Positions 62,880-64,000 of a stretch of 64,000 nucleotides of DNA are shown here, piece after piece. A model generated the notes under the pieces. The model was not told the origin of the DNA. It did not search any database and worked only from the letters and a program-made list of their open reading frames with translations. Made by a program: the position numbers and the translations under genes. Positions within the stretch are counted from its first letter, which is position 1; each line of letters starts with the position of its first letter. This DNA is from an uncultured Phycisphaerales bacterium. GTDB taxonomy: Bacteria; Planctomycetota; Phycisphaerae; Sedimentisphaerales; Anaerobacaceae. The stretch is from positions 32,001 through 96,000 of the forward strand of contig CAVYYI010000002.1 of the NCBI GenBank assembly GCA_963772725.1, written 5' to 3'.

Positions 62880-64000
62880 GTAAGTATTAAGGTGCTCAAG
62901 TTTATGGCGTAGGATTTCCGATAAAATCCACAGTTTGATGAGATAAGACAAACAAATCGGGAATAAACGCAGATGATTTACTGTCAGCAATGCCTTGAAA
63001 AACAACGTAAAATCGATGAGCTTCAGGAACAGATAGTTTCACTCAAGGCAAAATTACGACACAAGGAAAGGACAGCCCAAGAAGGTTTTTTCGGCTCATC
63101 CACGCCATCCGCTAAAATTCCCATTAAGCCGAATTGTCAGATAGAACACACAAATAATTGCGGCGGAGGCAAAACAGGTCATAAAGGTCACGGCAGAACC
63201 GGTGTCTGTGAAAAAGATGCGGACTATGTGCAAAGGGTTGAAGGCAGCCGATATATGCCCTGATTGCGGAAGCGTTTTGGAGAACAAAGGCACAAGACAA
63301 CGAGCGGTAATTGATTGCCAGCCTGTTAAGATAAAAAAGCTTCTGTATAATTTGGAACGCAAGTATTGTCCGCGATGCCAAAAGGTAGTTGCCGCCAAAC
63401 CTCCTGGTGTTCTGCCAAAGTGTTTATATTCGAATAATCTGCTTGTCTATGTGGCAGTACAGCACTATATCTATGGCAATACACTGGGTCAGATAGAAAA
63501 ACAAACAGGCATCGGCTACAGCAGTATAGTTGACGCTTTGCACCAGTTGGCAGGGATATTGAAAGATGTTCCCAAATCACTCATAGAAGACTATCGCAAG
63601 GCCGCTGTTAAGCACGCTGATGAGACTGGTTGGCGGACAGACGGCCAGAACGGTTTCTCGTGGCTGTTTTGCACGCCTGATATTAGTATCTTTCGATTCC
63701 GCTCCAGCCGTTCTGCCCGTGTAGCCAAAGAGGTTTTTGGCGAAAAGCCCTTGCCGGGTGTTCTGGTTGTGGATCGCTATAACGGCTACAATAGGATGCC
63801 TTGTAAGATTCAATATTGTTATGCACATCTATTGCGTAATGTTAAGGATTTGGAAAAAGATTTTCCCGAAAACGTGGAAATCAGGTCTTTCGTTGAAGCG
63901 TTGGTCTCCCAGTTGGCTAATGCAATCAGCCTTCGCACATTAGATATAACAGACCGACAGTTTAAGCGGCAGGCAGCTAAAATTAAGAGAGCCATCATCG
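62880..64000 (+). mobile_element. IS66-family element (single-ORF type), partial; transposase from 62973 with a frameshift near 63250
   Basis: Probable GTAAG left end at 62880; zinc finger CPDCG...CPRC, HADETGW, VVDRYNGY and QYCYAHLLR motifs. Confidence 0.88.

Overview
Bacterial chromosomal window, most likely from a Planctomycetota (Phycisphaerae-like) genome. The taxon is inferred from DUF1559-type prepilin, DUF1570, zinc-ribbon SpoVG, HTH-receiver and PEP-CTERM genes. About 1-45 kb is mostly housekeeping (ispE, spoVG, glnN, nadE, maf, cimA, fhs, folD, tilS, manC, tadA, tRNA-Arg/Glu/Met), and many of these genes carry single-base indels that look like assembly errors. Accessory blocks are: (i) a repeat-bracketed PEP-CTERM + HExxH/DUF4160-fusion cassette with a structured leader and a 21-bp palindromic array (3.4-6.7 kb); (ii) a minimal WXG100-FtsK (type VII-like) operon next to a decayed tRNA-Ser (25.9-32 kb); (iii) an IS-riddled Rhs polymorphic toxin locus with NucA/NucB and HNH-like tips, immunity candidates, a 290-bp swap anchor and an unusual membrane-hairpin/internal signal-peptide-like insert in the Rhs core (45.3-54.7 kb); and (iv) an IS21/IS66-flanked operon encoding a NitT/TauT-type ABC importer, a signal-less NMT1/THI5-like protein, a radical SAM/SPASM enzyme and an unannotated, translationally coupled 49-aa peptide ending in CCDD, a candidate new RiPP system (57.5-62.7 kb). 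All family assignments come from motif recognition by eye; no searches were run.
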